Shown in pieces: positions 55,591 to 64,000 of a DNA stretch of 64,000 nt. The notes beneath the pieces were generated by a model, which saw nothing but the letters and a program-made list of their open reading frames with translations, had not been told where the DNA came from and made no database searches. The stretch lies in NCBI GenBank assembly GCA_025808555.1, contig CP075526.1, positions 1,848,712 through 1,912,711 on the forward strand, given 5' to 3'. Every line of letters begins with the position of its first letter. Position 1 is the first letter of the stretch. This stretch comes from Anaerolineales bacterium (GTDB taxonomy: Bacteria; Chloroflexota; Anaerolineae; Anaerolineales; UBA11579). The translations under genes and the position numbers were made by a program.

Positions 55591-57081
55591 ATGGCTGAAG
55601 AGATCAAACGTTTACGGGGCTCGGAGGCCCGCAAGGCGACCGGTGGCAGCTCCGAGTTGGGCGAGTATGGCGCGCTGCTGAACGGCCAGTGGGTCAAGAC
55701 CGGCGATGCCATCGAAGTGCGCAGCCCGTACAACGACGCCCTCGTGGCCGTTGTGCACCGCGCCGGCCCCAAGGAGATCGAGCAGGCCATTGCGGATGCG
55801 ACGCGTGCCTTCCAGGTGACGCGCAAGCTGCCCTCGTGGAAGAAGGCCGAAATGTTGATGAAGGTCAGCGAAGGTATTCTGGCGCGCCGCGAAGATCTGG
55901 CGCGCACAATCGCGCTCGAAGCTGGCAAACCGATCCGCACGGCTCGTTTGGAAGTCGACCGGGCCGCGTACACCTTCCAGGTGGCGGCCGAGGAATCCAA
56001 GCGGCACTATGGCGAAATTGTGCCGCTGGACTGGCTGCCGGGCACCGAGAATCGCGTGGCGCATATCCACCGCGTGCCGCTTGGCCCCATCGCTGGCATT
56101 GCCCCGTTCAACTTCCCGCTTAATCTGGTGGCGCACAAGGTGGCGCCAGCCATGGCGGCTGGAAACCCCATCGTATTGCGCCCGGCCAGCGCGACCCCTG
56201 TGAGCGCGCTCAAGCTGGGCGAGATCATCCAGGAGGCCGGCTGGCCGGATGGCGGCTATTCTGTCGTTACCTCGGCGACCAAGGACGCTGCGCCGCTGAT
56301 CGAGGACCCGCGCATAAAGCTGCTCACCTTCACGGGCAGCCCGGCGGTGGGTTGGAGCCTGAAGGGCAAGGCGGGCATGAAGCGCGTCACACTGGAGCTG
56401 GGCGGCAATGCCGGCGTCATCGTGCACGATGACGCCGACGTCAAGTACGCTGCCGAGCGCGTGGCGTGGGGTGGCTTTTCGTACGCGGGGCAATCCTGCA
56501 TTTCGGTGCAGCGCGTATACGCCTCGGCCAAGATCTACGAAGACTTTGTGGATGACCTGATCCCGCGCGTCAAGGCGCTGGTGGTGGGTGACCCGCTGGA
56601 TGAGAAGACAGACGTCGGCCCCGTGATCGACAGCGGGGCGGCCGACCGCGTCGAGGAATGGCTGGCGGAGGCCAAGGCGGGTGGCGCCGAAGTGCTGGCG
56701 GGCGGCAAGCGAGACGGCAACCTTGTGGAACCGACCGTGCTGGCCTCGCTAAAGGAAGACATGAACGTCTCGTGCCAGGAAGTGTTTGGCCCGTTGGTGG
56801 GCTTGTTCCAGTACACCGACGTCAATCAAGCCATCCATTCGGTGGGTGCGTCTGATTTTGGTTTGCAGGCGGGCATCTTTACGCAGGACATGAACATCGT
56901 CAACAAGGCCTTCGAGGAAATCGAAGTGGGCGGCCTGATGGTCAACGACGTCTCGACCTTTCGCATTGACCATATGCCGTATGGAGGCGTGAAACAGTCT
57001 GGTTTTGGCCGCGAAGGGCTGCGCTATGCCATCGAGGAGATGACTGAGCTCAAGCTGGTGACGTTTAACAATCGCGAATAA
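55591..57081 (+). CDS. NAD(P)-dependent aldehyde dehydrogenase
   Basis: I take the ATG at 55591, 4 nt after the E2 stop; the track ORF begins at a TTG at 55561. The motifs are FNFPLNL, FTGSPAVGW, ELGGNAG (catalytic Glu) and GQSCISVQR (catalytic Cys). Confidence 0.88.
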   Translation: MAEEIKRLRGSEARKATGGSSELGEYGALLNGQWVKTGDAIEVRSPYNDALVAVVHRAGPKEIEQAIADATRAFQVTRKLPSWKKAEMLMKVSEGILARREDLARTIALEAGKPIRTARLEVDRAAYTFQVAAEESKRHYGEIVPLDWLPGTENRVAHIHRVPLGPIAGIAPFNFPLNLVAHKVAPAMAAGNPIVLRPASATPVSALKLGEIIQEAGWPDGGYSVVTSATKDAAPLIEDPRIKLLTFTGSPAVGWSLKGKAGMKRVTLELGGNAGVIVHDDADVKYAAERVAWGGFSYAGQSCISVQRVYASAKIYEDFVDDLIPRVKALVVGDPLDEKTDVGPVIDSGAADRVEEWLAEAKAGGAEVLAGGKRDGNLVEPTVLASLKEDMNVSCQEVFGPLVGLFQYTDVNQAIHSVGASDFGLQAGIFTQDMNIVNKAFEEIEVGGLMVNDVSTFRIDHMPYGGVKQSGFGREGLRYAIEEMTELKLVTFNNRE

Positions 57082-57130
57082 CAGGGTCGAGCAGTGCAGT
57101 AACTGCTCAGACAGCAGCAGAATGGAGACA

Positions 57131-57160
57131 AAAAGAGCGCCGTATGGCGCTCTTTTGTTT
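57131..57160 (+). terminator. Intrinsic terminator after the aldehyde dehydrogenase gene
   Basis: Stem AAAAGAGCGCC, loop GTAT, stem GGCGCTCTTTT, then GTTT. It lies inside the 5' end of the track ORF 57122-58921, which argues for a later start of that gene. Confidence 0.8.
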
Positions 57161-57187
57161 ATACTGGCGGTCATTCAGGACGGTTTG

Positions 57188-58921
57188 ATGACGCTTAATC
57201 CAGCAAGCATCCAAGACTGGCTGCGCCGCGACGCGGCGGTCATCCTTGCGTACCTGCTTGCCACGGTGGTTGTTACCTATCCCCTCGTACTGAATCTGGG
57301 GGGAAGTTCAATGCCGATAGGCGGCGATGCCTTTATGAAGTTGTGGGATGTCTGGTGGCTGGAGCGGATGGTGGCCACCGGGCAACCCTTTCATTACAGC
57401 AGGGATCTGTTCTATCCGGTTGGGCTGGACTTGTCTTTTCATCCAGCATCATGGACGACCACTGCTGTCATCTGGCTACTGGGTCAGTTCATGGGGGTGT
57501 TTAGCGCCTACAAAGTGATGATACTTGTGGGCGTCTTTTCGAGCGCATATGCGGCCTATCTGCTGGCGTTCTGGCTGACCAAGAACCGGGTAGCGGCCTG
57601 GTTTGGCGGAGCCATTTTTTCCTTCGCTCCCTATCATATTGGCGATCTGCGCGGCCACCCCGACCTGGCCCAGCTGGCCTTCATCCCCCTGGCTGTGCTT
57701 TGTGTGCTGATCGGGCTGAGGCATAGACGCATTGGGATGGCTGCGCTGGCCGGGGTCTTGCTGGGCTTGGTGGCGTGGACCGGCCTGTATCTTTTCGGAT
57801 TCGCGGCCATCACACTGGCGATGTTACTGGCCTATGAGGGCTTGCTCGAGCGCGGCTGGCGTGAAAAATACTTCTGGCGGTTTCTGGGGCTGTTTGTGCT
57901 GGCCGCCAGTGTGTTTGTGGCGCCGCGGCTTTTGCCAATATTTGATGACCGCGCCAGCCTCTCTTTTGTGATCGAAAACAAGTTCACTGCCTATGAGAGC
58001 CAGGTGGACTTGCTGTCGTATTTCGTACCGCCGCCTGCCAACCCACTGCTGACCCCGTTGCTGGGTGAGCTGAGTGACAAGATCGCGCAGAGTGTGTCAG
58101 TGTATTCTTCCCCGTATTTGGGGTGGGTGGCGCTAATCGCAAGCCTGTCTGCGGTGCTCTTCGCGAAAGACCGCAAAACCATATGGTTGTGGGCGGTCAT
58201 TGCGGCGTTGTTTCTGACCCTTAGCCTAGGGCCAGCACTCAGGTTTGCCGGCAGGGTTTATATGCAAGTGCCGCTGCCTGCCTGGCTGCTGATGCGTAGG
58301 TTCGAAATTTTCAGAAGTGTGCATCCGATCCTGTTTCACATAGGTGTGCTGCTGCCACTGAGCGTGCTGGCTTCGTTTGGCTTGAGTGGGTGGCTTGAGG
58401 GGTTACAGGGCAAGCCGCAGATCCGTGCCGGGGTGGTTTTGCTGCTGGCTCTGGCGCTGTTTGTGGAATATTGGAACGGGGAGTTTTGGGTTGCGCCTCT
58501 GGAGGCACCCGCGATCTACCGGGATATTGCCAATGATCCGGACGAGTTTGCAGTCATTGACCTGCCAATGGGCTACAGCCCTTCCAAATATTATCTATTT
58601 CTACAGACCGTCCATGGAAAGCCGATCGTTGAGGGCATGACCAGCCGCATGCCGCCGAATGCTTTTGACTATATCGACAGCAATTTGCTGCTGAGTCTGT
58701 GGCGGGCCGAGGAATCGCTGGACTGCACTGACTTCAAGATGGCAAGCATTACGGGGGCGATCGATATGCTGAGCGCGGATGGCTTCAAGTATGTCTTTGT
58801 ACACGAGCCGGATATGTATGCCGATTATTTCCAAGGCGTACCTGTAACAGCAGCCGATGGGTCTGTGACGATGTATGCGCTCACAGATCTGAGGGATTTC
58901 TTCCCCTGTGCTAACCGCTGA
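57188..58921 (+). CDS. Polytopic membrane protein, putative GT-C/YfhO-like (twelfth member, stand-alone)
   Basis: I take the ATG at 57188, downstream of the terminator. About 577 aa. The N-terminal pattern is YPLVLNLGGSSMPIGGDAFMKLWDVWW, followed by many TM helices and a C-terminal soluble part. Confidence 0.5.
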   Translation: MTLNPASIQDWLRRDAAVILAYLLATVVVTYPLVLNLGGSSMPIGGDAFMKLWDVWWLERMVATGQPFHYSRDLFYPVGLDLSFHPASWTTTAVIWLLGQFMGVFSAYKVMILVGVFSSAYAAYLLAFWLTKNRVAAWFGGAIFSFAPYHIGDLRGHPDLAQLAFIPLAVLCVLIGLRHRRIGMAALAGVLLGLVAWTGLYLFGFAAITLAMLLAYEGLLERGWREKYFWRFLGLFVLAASVFVAPRLLPIFDDRASLSFVIENKFTAYESQVDLLSYFVPPPANPLLTPLLGELSDKIAQSVSVYSSPYLGWVALIASLSAVLFAKDRKTIWLWAVIAALFLTLSLGPALRFAGRVYMQVPLPAWLLMRRFEIFRSVHPILFHIGVLLPLSVLASFGLSGWLEGLQGKPQIRAGVVLLLALALFVEYWNGEFWVAPLEAPAIYRDIANDPDEFAVIDLPMGYSPSKYYLFLQTVHGKPIVEGMTSRMPPNAFDYIDSNLLLSLWRAEESLDCTDFKMASITGAIDMLSADGFKYVFVHEPDMYADYFQGVPVTAADGSVTMYALTDLRDFFPCANR

Positions 58922-58927
58922 TCAGAG

Positions 58928-60220
58928 CTAGGCCGGCGCGGCGACGCCGAGGACGCGCTCGCGCGTGGCGCCGGTGAGCGCTTGCAGCCTGGCGAGATCG
59001 CAGTTGAGCAACTCGCCGTGGCGCTTGAGGAACTTTCCGGCGACCATCACTGAGTCGATGTTGCTGCAGTCCATAGCCCACACCACCGCGCCGATGGGAT
59101 CATTCACGGGCATGACATTGATATGGTGCTGGCGCAGCAGGACGATATCGGCCTGCTTGCCGGGGGTCAGGGTGCCGATCTCGTCCTGCATGCCCAGGGT
59201 CTGGGCGCCATATACATTGACGAACTGAATAATGTCGCGGGTGGTCATCATGCGGTCGGCGAAGATGCTGCCGGCCAGCTTCTTGTCAAAGCGCATGGCG
59301 TGCTGCATGGAGATGGCATTGCGCATCTGGCTGAACATATCGCCGCGGTTGGCGATCTCGGTGTCGATGCCCAGGCCGGGGTTGAGACCTGCGTCGAGGA
59401 AACGCTGGACGGTGGGTGCGCCATAGCCTTGCATCATCTCGGCGGCGGGAGCGCTGGCCACTGCGGCGCGGGCGTCTCGGATGGCGCTAAGATCGCGGTC
59501 TGAAAGAGTGTTGCCATGGGCAAACATCAGGTCGGGCCCGAGCAGCTTGGCCTTGTTGAGCTCACTGAGCTGGTCGCCCGGTTTAGTGCCCATGCCTACT
59601 TGGGCCGAGATGCGCAAGCTCAGGCTGCGAGCCAACTCCCACTCGGATTGAAGATCGGCCAGGCTGCTGGTTTGCGGGTCAGAGGAGGCGAGGGCAAGCC
59701 GGCTGCGCTCGGCGGGCAGGGAGGCGTGTAACTCTTCCAGCCCGGCCTTGCCCAGGTTGGCGGGGGCGGCCAGCACGGTGCGCAGGCCGGCTTCGGCCAG
59801 CGCCTTGGCGTTGGCGGCCAGGTGATCGGCAGTGGGTAGGTTGGCATGGTCAAGCACGGTGGTGATGCCGGCATCGATGGCGTTGATGGCGCTGGCCAGC
59901 GTGCTGGCGTAGACATCCTCAGGGCTGAAGCTGTCCGCCAGGGTGGCTTGCCTGGTGCCGTCGAAGACTTGCTGGCTGACCATATATTCGGCGCCCATGT
60001 TGCGCAGCACGCCCAGCCACATGTGATGGTGGGCGTCCACAAAGCCGGGCATGGCCAGCATGCCGGAGCCGTCGATCTCTTCGGCTCCGGCGTCATAGAT
60101 GCCGCGGGCCACCTGAACGATCTTGTCGCCCTCGATCAGGATGTCATAGTTAAGTTGGTTGCCCACCTGCGGGTCCATGCTGAGCACGGCGGCGGACTTA
60201 ATGAGCTTGCGGTTTTCCAT
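58928..60220 (-). CDS. Amidohydrolase family protein (metal-dependent deaminase/chlorohydrolase type)
   Basis: I take the ATG at 60220 (MENRKLIKSAAVLSMD...). The motifs are MPGFVDAHHHMW (HxH metal site), FAHGN and DIVLL. About 430 aa. Confidence 0.8.
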   Translation of the reverse strand: MENRKLIKSAAVLSMDPQVGNQLNYDILIEGDKIVQVARGIYDAGAEEIDGSGMLAMPGFVDAHHHMWLGVLRNMGAEYMVSQQVFDGTRQATLADSFSPEDVYASTLASAINAIDAGITTVLDHANLPTADHLAANAKALAEAGLRTVLAAPANLGKAGLEELHASLPAERSRLALASSDPQTSSLADLQSEWELARSLSLRISAQVGMGTKPGDQLSELNKAKLLGPDLMFAHGNTLSDRDLSAIRDARAAVASAPAAEMMQGYGAPTVQRFLDAGLNPGLGIDTEIANRGDMFSQMRNAISMQHAMRFDKKLAGSIFADRMMTTRDIIQFVNVYGAQTLGMQDEIGTLTPGKQADIVLLRQHHINVMPVNDPIGAVVWAMDCSNIDSVMVAGKFLKRHGELLNCDLARLQALTGATRERVLGVAAPA

Positions 60221-60526
60221 CGAACAGCACCTCTGCGCGTTGTCTATGACGAAATGTGAGGCCAAAGCTTCGTCATAAGCTAGCTTACATTGTAATAGCG
60301 TTTAGCATTATCAAACAGATAGCGGAGTTTCTGGCTTTTCTAATCTTGAATGTTCAATAGGTGCCCCGAAATGTCAAATAGCGGTGAACATTTCTAGGGG
60401 CTGTGTTTGATGGGGCTTGACTAAATGTGCTTATTTGTTTATAAACAGACAAATCCCCCTAGGCTTTGCACAGCAAAAGAATGAACCCTCGCCTCATTTC
60501 ACTGGAGTACTGTACCTAAGGGCAGA

Positions 60527-61549
60527 ATGCTAAAAAGCAAAACAAACCAGGGCTTTACCGAATTCCTCACTTCCGTCGTCATCTCATCGCGTTATATCCC
60601 TGTGTGGATCGCGATGTGTATTTTGCTTGTAGCCGCTTATTTCGTAGCCCCCGCAACCCTTTCCGCCGCTTCCTTCACCGCAGTACTCCCCCTCACCGCA
60701 TTTTTAGTCATTGTCAGCCTGGGCCAGATGTTGGTGGTCATGACCGGCGGTATTGACCTCTCTACACCCGGCATCATGACGCTGGCTGCGTTCGTAACCG
60801 TGGGCGTAGGTGCAGGCCAGAATGAAAACATCCTCAAGGGTTTGGCGATGGCGCTGGCCGTCTCAGCCCTGATCGGTTTTACCAACGGCTTCCTGGTGGG
60901 CGTGTTCCGTCTGAATGCGCTGATCGTGACGCTGGCGATCGGCCAGATCACCCGCGGGGCGCTGCTGAAGTATGCGACCCAGATCGCCAATGAGGCTTCG
61001 GTACCCAGCGGGCTTTCGCGTTGGGCCATCAGCCAGGTGTATGGCGTTGGCTGGATCTTCTGGATCGCAGTGATCGTGACCCTGGCGCTGACCATTATTC
61101 TGACCTACACGGGGGTCGGGCGCCGCTTCCGCGCCGTGGGCGCCAACCAGATCGCAGCCCGCATCAGCGGCCTGCGCGTGACGGTCTACGTAGTATCGGC
61201 TTATGTGATCGCCGCCATGATGTACGGCCTGGCGGGCTTTCTGTTGGCAGCATTTATTCGCAGCCCAACCCAGGGTCTGGGTGCGGCATACCTTCTTGGC
61301 CCGATTGCTGCTGTTGTGATCGGCGGCGCATCTTTGAGCGGTGGCCTGGCGAGCGTATTCTCCACTGCGCTGGCAGCCTTCTTCCTGACGGTGCTTGATC
61401 AGATGCTTAGAGTGATGGGGTTGCCCACTTCTTTGCAGTTTGTTGTTTTTGGCGTTGCCATTATCGGCGGCATGGCCGTATCCGGTGATCGGATCGTGGA
61501 CATGGTCGAGGGGCTGTTTCAACGGCGTTTTGCCAAAGCTGAGGAATAA
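60527..61549 (+). CDS. Sugar-type ABC transporter permease (RbsC/AraH-like)
   Basis: 340 aa with about 9-10 TM helices. The motifs are GGIDLSTPG and RAVGANQIAARISGL. Confidence 0.85.
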   Translation: MLKSKTNQGFTEFLTSVVISSRYIPVWIAMCILLVAAYFVAPATLSAASFTAVLPLTAFLVIVSLGQMLVVMTGGIDLSTPGIMTLAAFVTVGVGAGQNENILKGLAMALAVSALIGFTNGFLVGVFRLNALIVTLAIGQITRGALLKYATQIANEASVPSGLSRWAISQVYGVGWIFWIAVIVTLALTIILTYTGVGRRFRAVGANQIAARISGLRVTVYVVSAYVIAAMMYGLAGFLLAAFIRSPTQGLGAAYLLGPIAAVVIGGASLSGGLASVFSTALAAFFLTVLDQMLRVMGLPTSLQFVVFGVAIIGGMAVSGDRIVDMVEGLFQRRFAKAEE

Positions 61550-61670
61550 CGATACCGGTTTACAGAAGGAGGTTATGGCGACAAAACGGTCAATCGACAG
61601 AATCGTCGCGGATCGTATCGTTCAACTAAAGCAATAATGCAAAAAGAAGGAAAAAAGGAGAAGTCGAAAG

Positions 61671-62936
61671 ATGAAACTTAGCAAACTACAAACGATTGCC
61701 TTCCTCATCGCCATGTTGGCGCTGGTGTTGGCAGCCTGTGGCGGCGGCACCCCGGCAGCCACTGCGGCTCCGGCAACTTCGGCGCCGTCCACTGGCGGCG
61801 ATGATGCCCCCACGGATGAGGCGACCGGGTCTGAGGAGATCTTTGACGCAGACCCTGAAGTCTTGATGAAGACGATGGGCGTGTCTGACGCCTCTCAGGT
61901 GAACGATGTTGTGCTGGCGGCCATGTACCGCGCTGGCCAGCCCGTGAGCGATGAGATGGCTGCCAAGGCCCTGGAATGCTGGCGCGAGAAGGTGTGTGAC
62001 ACCGGCACCGGCGGCCCCATCACCGTGGCTTTGGCTGACGGTTTTGGTGAGAACCTGTGGCGCGAAGTGACCCACATGGAAATGGTGCTGCAGGCCCTGA
62101 CCTACCCTGAGATCGGCCGCATCATCTACACCACCGCCATGTTCGACACCCAGCAGGCGATCGCTGACATCCGCGGTTTGATCGCCGAAGGTGTTGACGT
62201 CATCGTCGGTTTCCCGGATGCGGGCGATGCTTTGCTGCCCGTGGTACAGGAAGCCACTGACGCCGGCGTGATCTACGTGACCCACTCCTATGGTGTGTTG
62301 GGTGACGGCAGCGCCTACTTCTCCTCGATCTCTGAGGATGTATGTCTGCTGGGCCAGGAATTTGCCCGCATCCTCAACGAGGAAGTTGGCACCGGCAAGG
62401 TGGCCTTCCTAGGTGGTACTCCGGGTAACCCGCTGTCTGCTTACTGGCAGAGTTGCGAAGAGCCTGAGCTGGGCGATGGCATCGAGCTGGTCGGCGCGGC
62501 TGACACCTTCTGGACCCGTGAGGGCACCTTCGAGGCCATGTCTGGCTTCCTGAGCGCCCACCCCGATCTGGCGGGTGTGAGCTACGAAGCGGCTGGTTCC
62601 TTCATGGGTGGCTTGAGCGCCTATGAGGCTGCTGGCCTGCCGGTGAACCTGGTGCTGACCCTGCGCACGGACGAGACTGTGCTGTTCTGTGAGTGGGTTG
62701 AGATGGGCCAGCCGGATGACTTCAAGATCTTCTTTGGCTCCGGTGGCAACTACCAGTCCCGCATTGCGCTGACTGCGGCCATGATGCACCTGAACGGCTA
62801 CGACGTGCCGAACAGCATCGTGATCCCGCCGTACATCCAGCCGGTCAACCCCAGCCACTGCTACCCTGACCTGCCGGACGATGCTTCCATCTCCTCCATG
62901 GTTCCGCATGATGTCGTGCGGGCGATGTACCCCTAA
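61671..62936 (+). CDS. ABC transporter substrate-binding lipoprotein (periplasmic-binding-protein type I fold)
   Basis: 421 aa. The lipobox is LVLAACGGG, followed by an Ala/Thr/Pro linker and then a PBP-like alternating alpha/beta pattern. Confidence 0.75.
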   Translation: MKLSKLQTIAFLIAMLALVLAACGGGTPAATAAPATSAPSTGGDDAPTDEATGSEEIFDADPEVLMKTMGVSDASQVNDVVLAAMYRAGQPVSDEMAAKALECWREKVCDTGTGGPITVALADGFGENLWREVTHMEMVLQALTYPEIGRIIYTTAMFDTQQAIADIRGLIAEGVDVIVGFPDAGDALLPVVQEATDAGVIYVTHSYGVLGDGSAYFSSISEDVCLLGQEFARILNEEVGTGKVAFLGGTPGNPLSAYWQSCEEPELGDGIELVGAADTFWTREGTFEAMSGFLSAHPDLAGVSYEAAGSFMGGLSAYEAAGLPVNLVLTLRTDETVLFCEWVEMGQPDDFKIFFGSGGNYQSRIALTAAMMHLNGYDVPNSIVIPPYIQPVNPSHCYPDLPDDASISSMVPHDVVRAMYP

Positions 62937-62986
62937 TTCCGGGCACATTCGCACACTGAATTCGGAACAGGAAACTCTGGTCTAGA

Positions 62987-64000
62987 GTGACTGACAAGAA
63001 TCAGAACCCCAGCAGCGAGAGCTTCGCGCTCTCGCTGCTGGGAGTTTCTAAACGCTATGGCACAGTGCAAGCCCTGAAGGGCATGGACCTGCAAGTTTTG
63101 CCTGGGGAAGTTCACGCCGTAGTCGGCGAGAACGGCTCAGGCAAATCCACGTTGCTGGGCATAGCCAGTGGCTTTGTGGAGCAGGACGAAGGCACTGTGC
63201 ACATCATGGGCAAACCGCTCACCACGGATTCGCCAGCCAAGGCCCGCGAACTGGGCCTGGGGATGGCCTATCAGGACATCTCGCAAGTGGCCGGCATGAC
63301 CGTGGCTGAGAACCTGTACTTATCTGCGTCAAAAGACGCCCGTCCGTCTACCTATTGGCGACTGAAGGACTGGGCCATTCAAATTCTGGCGCGCTTTGAA
63401 CTGGATGACATTTTTGCTGAAGCTCCGATCGGCGCATTGGCGTTGGCCGAGCGCCAGTTGTTGGAAGTAGCCAAAGCCCTGCTGTCTGACCCCAAGGTTT
63501 TGCTGCTGGATGAACCCACCACGGCCATGGGCCCCTCCGAGGTGGAGTGGCTGCAGCGCACGATCAAAGAGCACACTGCGCGGGGCGTGGCCGTGGTGTA
63601 TGTAAGCCACCGCCTGCCCGAAGTGCTGGGCCTGGCCGACCGCATCACGGTATTGCGCGACGGCCAGAACCAGGGCACGTATGAAGCAGACAAGATAACT
63701 GAAAAAGAGATCGTGGAGCTGATGATCGGCCGCCCGCTGGAATCAGCCTTTCCGACCCGTTTGGAGATCACCGAAGATACCGAAACCGTGTTGAAGGTGA
63801 CCGACCTGCATGGCGAATACTTCGGCCCGGTGAGTTTTAGCGTACGCCGCGGCGAAGTGATTGGCATTGCCGGTGTGGAGGGTAATGGGCAGGGTGATCT
63901 TTTCTGGACGCTGTGCGGCGCCATCCCGCCCAAGGGTGGGCAGGTGCAGGTGTTTGACAAACACGTCAATCTGACTTCGCCCACCGGCGCGCTCAACTCC
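62987..64000 (+). CDS. Sugar-type ABC transporter ATP-binding protein, tandem-ATPase type (3' end outside the window), not in the supplied ORF track
   Basis: The GTG at 62987 directly follows an in-frame TAG. Walker A is GENGSGKST and the signature/Walker B region is LALAERQLLEVAKALLSDPKVLLLDEPT. A second domain begins at GEVIGIAGVEGNGQ. The frame stays open to base 64000. Confidence 0.85.
   Translation, partial: MTDKNQNPSSESFALSLLGVSKRYGTVQALKGMDLQVLPGEVHAVVGENGSGKSTLLGIASGFVEQDEGTVHIMGKPLTTDSPAKARELGLGMAYQDISQVAGMTVAENLYLSASKDARPSTYWRLKDWAIQILARFELDDIFAEAPIGALALAERQLLEVAKALLSDPKVLLLDEPTTAMGPSEVEWLQRTIKEHTARGVAVVYVSHRLPEVLGLADRITVLRDGQNQGTYEADKITEKEIVELMIGRPLESAFPTRLEITEDTETVLKVTDLHGEYFGPVSFSVRRGEVIGIAGVEGNGQGDLFWTLCGAIPPKGGQVQVFDKHVNLTSPTGALNS

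Noticed and set aside
57122-57187. The upstream start of the track ORF 57122-58921
   Set aside because: This stretch contains the strong terminator hairpin of the preceding operon (57131-57160). The first plausible signal/TM segment begins after ATG 57188.
61575-61637. A 20-aa ORF (MATKRSIDRIVADRIVQLKQ) between the ABC permease and the binding-protein gene, next to GAAGGAGG
   Set aside because: The Shine-Dalgarno core ends only 2 nt before the ATG, which is too close. The peptide has no recognisable features. It might be a leader peptide, but the evidence is insufficient.

Overview
This is a 64-kb chromosomal segment from a high-GC bacterium. I estimate the GC content by eye at about 60% or more. 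I found no mobile elements, CRISPR arrays, rRNA genes or recognisable defence genes. I call about 62 protein genes, one tRNA-Gln(CUG), several intrinsic terminators and a few promoter or operator candidates. The gene content suggests a monoderm, Chloroflexota-like organism, but that is inference only: a Tad/Flp pilus locus without a secretin, a CcdA/ResA thiol pathway, a long HPF and an H+-pyrophosphatase. All product names come from motif recognition, because no searches could be run.

Gene order, left to right:
- ABC-2 exporter (partial ATPase plus permease)
- hppA (K+-independent signature)
- ABM monooxygenase
- rpoD
- padR-pspC
- block 1: six large polytopic GT-C-like membrane proteins plus a SAM methyltransferase (6.9-16.7 kb)
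- NarL-type response regulator plus a soluble DegS-like kinase
- Tad locus: flp-cpaB-(REC)cpaE-cpaF-tadB-tadC
- comF-hpf-folE
- a second, orphan flp
- SDR-folB-folK (minus strand)
- copper and thiol envelope island: Trx lipoprotein, HAD, csoR-copZ-copA, Tat L,D-transpeptidase, ccdA-resA-like, Grx-DUF2085 fusion
- pgeF-yggS-yggT-DUF167
- zinc-ribbon coiled-coil protein
- block 2: five more polytopic membrane proteins arranged as a duplicated two-gene module (39.3-47.6 kb)
- tRNA-Gln
- catabolic island: XRE-cupin regulator, M24 hydrolase, bicupin, HIBADH-like dehydrogenase, E1alpha/E1beta/E2, aldehyde dehydrogenase
- a twelfth large membrane protein
- amidohydrolase
- sugar-type ABC importer (partial at the 3' end)

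The most unusual feature is the density of large, translationally coupled, extracytoplasmic-type (GT-C/YfhO-like) membrane proteins. There are 12 of them among about 62 genes, with no cytoplasmic glycosyltransferase, flippase or polyprenyl-phosphate-sugar synthase in the window. Two Flp pilin genes of 46 and 48 aa are absent from the supplied ORF track.
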